Virus record (IMG/VR): IMGVR_UViG_3300003937_000325
DNA: 64,000 bases
Source of the DNA: a virus
Taxonomy: Duplodnaviria; Caudoviricetes
Direction: 5' to 3' (one strand)
This document shows positions 58,734-64,000 of this stretch, in pieces. The position numbers and the translations under genes are program-made. Position 1 is the stretch's first letter; each line of letters begins with the position of its first letter. A model generated the notes under the pieces. That model ran no database searches. It worked only from the letters and a program-made list of their open reading frames with translations, and was not told the origin of the DNA.

Positions 58734-59171
58734 TTAAACAGACTGTTTTTTAGTTTTATGTAGTATAAAATATTTTGATTTCATTAACGGATACCCATAT
58801 AATGTATTAACTATTTGTTTTATCCTGTCTCTAAGTATCAACGATTTAAAGTCTATTTGTTCTTTTACAAATAATGTTACCTCTAAATTCATAAAACTTC
58901 TTTTACCTAATTGTATACCACTACTTCTTAAATCTAAATCGACTATGTTATGTTTTTCAAATAATAACGGGTCCACCGATTCTAATAAGTGATGTTTAAT
59001 GTCCCTCTCTAACATACCTGTCGTTCTAACCCAATTATGAGCCGTCATTGTTGGTTCCACCCAACTTTGTATGAGAATATAAACTGATTTTAATTTTTTT
59101 GCATCTACTGTTCCATAACTACATTTCGCGTTTTCGTATCCCGTTAATTGGGACGTTTTTCCTTTTTTCAT
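58734..59171 (-). CDS. Hypothetical protein
   Basis: ORF track; preceded by TTGACA-N17-TATATT. Confidence 0.65.
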   Translation of the reverse strand: MKKGKTSQLTGYENAKCSYGTVDAKKLKSVYILIQSWVEPTMTAHNWVRTTGMLERDIKHHLLESVDPLLFEKHNIVDLDLRSSGIQLGKRSFMNLEVTLFVKEQIDFKSLILRDRIKQIVNTLYGYPLMKSKYFILHKTKKQSV

Positions 59172-59209
59172 ATAAATTCATAATATCTAATGTTTATTTG
59201 TTCGTTAAA

Positions 59210-59238
59210 AATATAACTATAAAAAGTACGATTGTCAA
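59210..59238 (-). promoter_or_regulatory. sigma70-type promoter TTGACA-N17-TATATT
   Basis: Read directly on the minus strand. Confidence 0.6.
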
Positions 59239-59257
59239 AATATTGATAAGTTGAATA

Positions 59258-59264
59258 TATTTAT
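59258..59264 (+). promoter_or_regulatory. Putative late promoter TATTTAT for bS21
   Basis: 15 nt upstream of the bS21 ATG. Confidence 0.55.
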
Positions 59265-59279
59265 TATAATAAGTCATAT

Positions 59280-59471
59280 ATGTTAATAATAGAAATAGGA
59301 AAAAAAGAAAATATCGAAAGAGCCTTAAAAAGGTATAAGAATAAAGTTTATAAGACTAAACAGTTGAATAGGCTTCGAGAGGAAAAAGAGTTTACTAAGA
59401 AGTCTACTAAGAGACGTAAACAAAAACAAAAAGCCATTTATATCCAAAAAATAAAGGATTCAGAAATCTGA
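59280..59471 (+). CDS. rpsU: Phage-encoded 30S ribosomal protein bS21 (Bacteroidota type)
   Basis: MLIIEI...ENIERALKRYK...LREEKEFTKKSTKRR...KAIYIQ closely follows the Flavobacterium bS21 pattern. Confidence 0.92.
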   Translation: MLIIEIGKKENIERALKRYKNKVYKTKQLNRLREEKEFTKKSTKRRKQKQKAIYIQKIKDSEI

Positions 59472-59504
59472 ACCCTTTTTTTATTTTATATATGTAATTT
59501 AAAG

Positions 59505-60239
59505 TTATAAACCGTGTTCTAATTGTTTTAACTTATAAAGTGAAGTTAATGAAATTTCGGACTCATTAATATGACTTATAGTCTGATTTACTTTTTCATG
59601 TAAATCTTCATCATTCGATTCATTAATTTTTTCAGTTAATTTTTCTAATACAATACTTTTAGAATTTACAATCTCTTCAGCTAATTCAGTTTTAGAGAGT
59701 GATAAAAGAGCCTTTAATTCTTTTTTATCTTCCTCACTGATATCACCATATTCCTTATTAAATGTGTTTGTTGCTATTTTTAACATAGAACTTAAAGGAA
59801 TGTTAACTGATTCGTTAATTTTCACATCATCTTTATTTTCACCTAATAACTTTTTTATATTATTTTTACACTCTAAAACTTCTTCTAAGTTTCTAACCGA
59901 GTTATTATAAACTACAGTATCAATATCGGTATAGTTGTTATCTGAATTATTTTTTAATCCTTCAGAAACCCACATATTAATTTCTTTAATTTTTTTATCC
60001 TCAGTAGTTAATATATCTTTTATTGTTTCAATACATTCATTTACGTAGTCATCAACAATTTCTTTGGATAAACCTTTTTTATTGGAAAGTTCATCATAAA
60101 GAAAATATGCTTCAGCAAGTTTCTCGTTCTCAATTACATGATTTTTAAATGACTTCATATTGGTTTTAAAAGAATTTTTACCATATGACTTAGTCATTAA
60201 AGATTCTATATTTGATTTTATTTGTCCGAATTTATTCAT
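59505..60239 (-). CDS. Helical hypothetical head-assembly-region protein
   Basis: Directly downstream of portal; late motif 13 nt upstream; several I-N-E motifs. Confidence 0.6.
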   Translation of the reverse strand: MNKFGQIKSNIESLMTKSYGKNSFKTNMKSFKNHVIENEKLAEAYFLYDELSNKKGLSKEIVDDYVNECIETIKDILTTEDKKIKEINMWVSEGLKNNSDNNYTDIDTVVYNNSVRNLEEVLECKNNIKKLLGENKDDVKINESVNIPLSSMLKIATNTFNKEYGDISEEDKKELKALLSLSKTELAEEIVNSKSIVLEKLTEKINESNDEDLHEKVNQTISHINESEISLTSLYKLKQLEHGL

Positions 60240-60259
60240 AACGTTTTTTATTATAAATA

Positions 60260-62116
60260 TTAGTCATCTAGTAATGTTCTTAGTTCATCTTCAATTTTAC
60301 CTAAAGAATCTCTCCCTTTCGATAAGTCAATTTCGGATATACCATTAATCATATCATTTTCTAATATCATATTTAAATCTTTTTCTGAAGTACTTTCAGG
60401 TGTAACCTCAGCCGTAGTGTCACCACCCGTATCTGTACCACTATCACCTAAATCACTACCTAAATCACCACCTAAATCACCACCTAAGTCGCCTCCAAAA
60501 TCACTTCCACCACCACCAAATCCGGTGTCAGAAGGTTCTGTAACCTCACCTTCAGGTGCGCCACCTTCTCCAGGTTTATCACCATATAATTTATCGATGT
60601 TTGCAAATATTCCTGTTTTAGTAATTGTTTCAGGTGTTTTTTCAAGTTCCGCTCCAACAGCCTTTTCGATTCTTTGTTGTTGTAAATCTAATTTAATTTC
60701 TTCATCTGAGAAACCAAGAATATGTTTTTTAGCCCAAGAAGATGAAACAGGTTGTATACCATTACCTGGGTCAGAAACCGCATCACGGTAAAGAGCAACT
60801 TTTTGTTGCCATTGTTCAACTTTAAGTAAGTCCGCTTGTGTTGATGGGTTAGTAAGACCTAATGTAAAATTATTTAATTCGTCTTCAAAACCTAATAGAT
60901 ACAAATGTATTATAGCAATTTTATTTAACTCTTGAATCATAGATTTTTGAATTCTATTGATTGTACGAGCGAATCTTATATCTTGTAACGCTAAGTTTTT
61001 ACCATCACCAACAACCTCTTCAAACCCTAAAAATGCTTTAGGTACTCTAAGTGCAGTTAATAATTTCTTTTGTATATATTCAATATCAGCAATTTCTGAT
61101 AAGTTTTGTGCTCCTGGTAATGTGTCGATAGGGTTAGGTGCGTTAGCGTCTCTAACGGGTATGAAGTAATCTTGGTCAACCGCCATTTGATTATATCTTA
61201 AATCGACATTACCGTTATTAGAGTCCACAATTTGGTCTCTTTTAAATTTGTTAGCAACTCTCTGTACGTAAGGTTCGACATCTTTGTCATCCATGTTACC
61301 TACAAAAACTTTGAATACTCGTCTTTCAGGTGCTCTTGATGTTCTATAAACTAACATAGCATCTTCAGATAAAATAAGTTGTTTCCATATTCTTCTTGCC
61401 TTTTCTAACATAGAAGTACCATAAGGTAATTTACGGTCATCACCTAATAATCTAAAGTGAGCCACTTCCCACGTATTTAATACCATATCTTTATTTTGCC
61501 ATAAGAATTTTAAAGCATCGTTATCGGTATCTGTACTATTTTTTTCAGGTTTAATTTTCATTCCTCGTTCTTGACGAGTAATTTCAATATTAGGTAGTTG
61601 TTGTACCCCCATAACCCCTTTCTCAGGGTCTAATTTTAGATAAACGAAGTTATCCCCATACTTACAAGTATTTCTTGTCCACATAGGTAGATTAGTACTA
61701 ATATCGAGTCTATTGTTAAATAAATCCCCAAGTACTGATTTAATTCGTTTACTTTCTGAGTAAATTTGTAATATATATCCATCTTCATTCGCAGTTGTTG
61801 ATTCTTCCCCATATATATCTAACGCCGCAGATATTTCGGGCGTATATTCCATACTTTCATAATCATAAAATGAAGCTAGTCTAGTCGGTTCATAATATAC
61901 CGCTTGAGTATATAAGTTGTTCTCTACCTTCTGCCATTGTTGACCAAGATAGAGTGTTTGTTGGGCTTGAAGTTTTTCTCTCTCATACTCCTTTTTATCG
62001 GGAGTCTTTAAAAGTTCTTTCTTATCAAACTTAAATACGGGAGCTTGTTGGTCTAACGTTGAGTCAGGACCAAATACCTTAGTAAGTCGTTGCCATATAG
62101 TATAATTTTCTGCCAT
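60260..62116 (-). CDS. gp20: Portal protein (T4 gp20-like)
   Basis: PYGTSMLE, EDAMLVYRTSRAPERRVF, DYFIPVR, TLPGAQNL and DIEYIQKKL. Confidence 0.95.
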   Translation of the reverse strand: MAENYTIWQRLTKVFGPDSTLDQQAPVFKFDKKELLKTPDKKEYEREKLQAQQTLYLGQQWQKVENNLYTQAVYYEPTRLASFYDYESMEYTPEISAALDIYGEESTTANEDGYILQIYSESKRIKSVLGDLFNNRLDISTNLPMWTRNTCKYGDNFVYLKLDPEKGVMGVQQLPNIEITRQERGMKIKPEKNSTDTDNDALKFLWQNKDMVLNTWEVAHFRLLGDDRKLPYGTSMLEKARRIWKQLILSEDAMLVYRTSRAPERRVFKVFVGNMDDKDVEPYVQRVANKFKRDQIVDSNNGNVDLRYNQMAVDQDYFIPVRDANAPNPIDTLPGAQNLSEIADIEYIQKKLLTALRVPKAFLGFEEVVGDGKNLALQDIRFARTINRIQKSMIQELNKIAIIHLYLLGFEDELNNFTLGLTNPSTQADLLKVEQWQQKVALYRDAVSDPGNGIQPVSSSWAKKHILGFSDEEIKLDLQQQRIEKAVGAELEKTPETITKTGIFANIDKLYGDKPGEGGAPEGEVTEPSDTGFGGGGSDFGGDLGGDLGGDLGSDLGDSGTDTGGDTTAEVTPESTSEKDLNMILENDMINGISEIDLSKGRDSLGKIEDELRTLLDD

Positions 62117-62164
62117 ACTTCTTTTTTAGATAAATAGTAACATTATTTGAATTAAACTAAACAT

Positions 62165-63937
62165 TTAAAATTTTCCAAATAACCAAGAATTATCTTGATA
62201 GTCTTGCCTAGTCGCTTGTCCTCTGTGTCTATTGTGGTTTATTCCCCCTGGTAATGCAGATAAACTTGGATGAAAATCGTTAGAGGTATTTTTGACGGGA
62301 GTTTCATTAACTAACCAACTTTCCATCATGGCTTTAGTTTGTTCTGTCACCTTTTCTAATTGAGTAAATGAATTTTCCCCAACATAAATCGCCATAGCTA
62401 TAGCCATAATTAAATCATCATGTTGTCCTTTTTGGTGGTCGGGTCTACCGTTAATGTAAACAAAAGTGTTTAATTCATTTAATAACCTTGTTGACCTTAT
62501 TTCAAAATTATGTCTTAAGGCCTCTTCAAATGATGCCACAATCTGTACTCTTTTATTATTGAAATTTAATCCAGGAATCTTATCTAAAGTTTTAGGGTTA
62601 TATTTCCATTTATCAGCGGCATTAACACCTTCAACATATAAGTTTTTATATCCTAATTCTTGTAACTTTCTTGATGTAGATACACCCATACCACCCGTAA
62701 TATCAATTACAATAAATGCTGAATACATTGTCGCCCATTTAAATGCTATTTCTGCGACGACATCTGGTGGTACCTTACCTAAATACTCAAGAACTTGTTC
62801 TCTTGTTTCAAAATCTATTATAGTAAATGTTGTATAATCCTCACTATCACCACGAGAAACATCAATACCCATAATATATTTATGTCCTTGTATTGGCTCT
62901 TTCCATTGCCATAAAGAACCACCTATAAACTTATTTATTGGTTCTTGTATATAGTTTTGTTTAATAATTTCAATCGTACTATTTGGGATGACGTTATCCC
63001 CTGAACCCAAGAAGTTACACTCCAATTCCTGTGAGATTTTTCTTCTATCGAATTTAAGTTTTTTAGCCATACCTTCGAACCATGAAGAATAAACTTTGTA
63101 TCCATTTGCTAATTTTTCTTTAATTTCTACATAATCCCTTTCACGAGGTTTTATGTCGGTATAGTTTATTATAATTTTACTATCATCATAATCTTCTCTA
63201 TTTAACATGTAATGGATAATATCATTACATTTTATAAGTTGTAGGTCTCTAGCGTAACGAGGGTCACGATACCAATACATCTCAGTTATTTTAAAATCAT
63301 TCATACCCCTTAGTGCTTGGTCATAAATGGTATAATATATCGGGTCAAACCCGTTAGGCGTAGAAATTACGATAACTTTACCACCTGTAGAAAGTGACGC
63401 CATACATGCAGACCAAAAGTCATCATCAGCATCAATAAACGCAGCCTCGTCAAAAATAAGTATTGTTGGTGTATACCCACGAAGTGCATCTTTTGAGGTT
63501 GCAACTGCTTTAACTTCACAACCATTTGATAATTTAAAATGTCTTTGAGAATTTTTTTCGTTAGAATAAGATATCCCAAACCATGTAGGCCATTGGTCAA
63601 TAAAACTTCTAACCTTATTAGCGAATTCTTGTGATGTATCTAATTTGTTTGCAATTATTAGTACCTTTTCAGGTTTTTTCTTAGACGCAGTAACCACTTT
63701 TTTTGATGCCCAAGCTGCGGTAACTGTAGATACACCGGCCTGTCTATACTTTAAGGCAATATTTTCCTCATAAGTATCATAATCATTAATTAATGTTTTT
63801 TGGTCTGAAAATAATTCTAAAGGTACGTACTGTGATTGTGTATTATCGTAGGTTTGTAGATAAGTTTTTAACGCGTAAGGGGTATCTTTTACACACCTAG
63901 CATATTCCAATAAAACTTGCTCTCTTGATAGTCCCAT
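62165..63937 (-). CDS. gp17: Terminase large subunit (T4 gp17-like)
   Basis: KYRQAGVST Walker A, IFDEAAF Walker B, ISTPNG, QELEC and GIDVSRG...HDDL nuclease motifs. Confidence 0.95.
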   Translation of the reverse strand: MGLSREQVLLEYARCVKDTPYALKTYLQTYDNTQSQYVPLELFSDQKTLINDYDTYEENIALKYRQAGVSTVTAAWASKKVVTASKKKPEKVLIIANKLDTSQEFANKVRSFIDQWPTWFGISYSNEKNSQRHFKLSNGCEVKAVATSKDALRGYTPTILIFDEAAFIDADDDFWSACMASLSTGGKVIVISTPNGFDPIYYTIYDQALRGMNDFKITEMYWYRDPRYARDLQLIKCNDIIHYMLNREDYDDSKIIINYTDIKPRERDYVEIKEKLANGYKVYSSWFEGMAKKLKFDRRKISQELECNFLGSGDNVIPNSTIEIIKQNYIQEPINKFIGGSLWQWKEPIQGHKYIMGIDVSRGDSEDYTTFTIIDFETREQVLEYLGKVPPDVVAEIAFKWATMYSAFIVIDITGGMGVSTSRKLQELGYKNLYVEGVNAADKWKYNPKTLDKIPGLNFNNKRVQIVASFEEALRHNFEIRSTRLLNELNTFVYINGRPDHQKGQHDDLIMAIAMAIYVGENSFTQLEKVTEQTKAMMESWLVNETPVKNTSNDFHPSLSALPGGINHNRHRGQATRQDYQDNSWLFGKF

Positions 63938-64000
63938 CTATACATAATAAGTTTTTTTTATGATAAAGAAATACCCAACCCGTCTAAAAGACCTGAAAGG

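Noticed and set aside
1-64000. Stop-codon reassignment (TAG or TGA), seen in some large Bacteroidota and gut phages
   Set aside because: Core genes are full length in code 11, and reading through the TAG stops at 24405 and 33254 hits TGA within one or two codons
1-64000. tRNA, rRNA or other structured ncRNA genes
   Set aside because: Intergenic gaps are short and AT-rich and are accounted for by promoters and terminators; no cloverleaf motifs seen by eye. A tRNAscan-SE/Infernal run would be needed to exclude them formally

Overview
A 64-kb slice of a large T4-like (contractile-tailed) dsDNA bacteriophage genome. It is AT-rich and densely coding, and reads cleanly in the standard bacterial code. 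The host is probably Bacteroidota/Flavobacteria, inferred from a Flavobacterium-type ribosomal protein bS21, start regions lacking Shine-Dalgarno sequences, a DUF4494-like gene and one TAnnTTTG promoter. The window holds the tail module (tape measure, gp26/gp51-like chaperones, tube, sheath, gp15-like terminator, gp13/gp14-like neck) and the head module (terminase, portal, prohead protease, scaffold, major capsid). It also holds a family B DNA polymerase, a SNF2 helicase, a gp55-like sigma factor, a roughly 15-kb sugar-synthesis/glycosyltransferase region, and many small basic or Cys-rich proteins. The most notable unexplained structures are: (i) a sense-strand TATTTAT motif just upstream of about 20 late genes, which is the reverse complement of the T4 late promoter; (ii) a recurrent I/L/V-x-E leader/linker motif that may mark protease-processed capsid cargo, including an SOD-nuclease-like fusion, a WYL protein and a HAD phosphatase; (iii) a candidate virion glycosylation system (GT cluster plus Thr/Pro mucin-like proteins); (iv) a candidate +1/-2 frameshift in the tail chaperone genes; (v) a hairpin in the polymerase leader resembling the T4 gp43 translational operator; and (vi) a frameshifting internal deletion in a tail-associated metalloprotease gene. 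All family assignments come from motif recognition by eye. No database searches were run.
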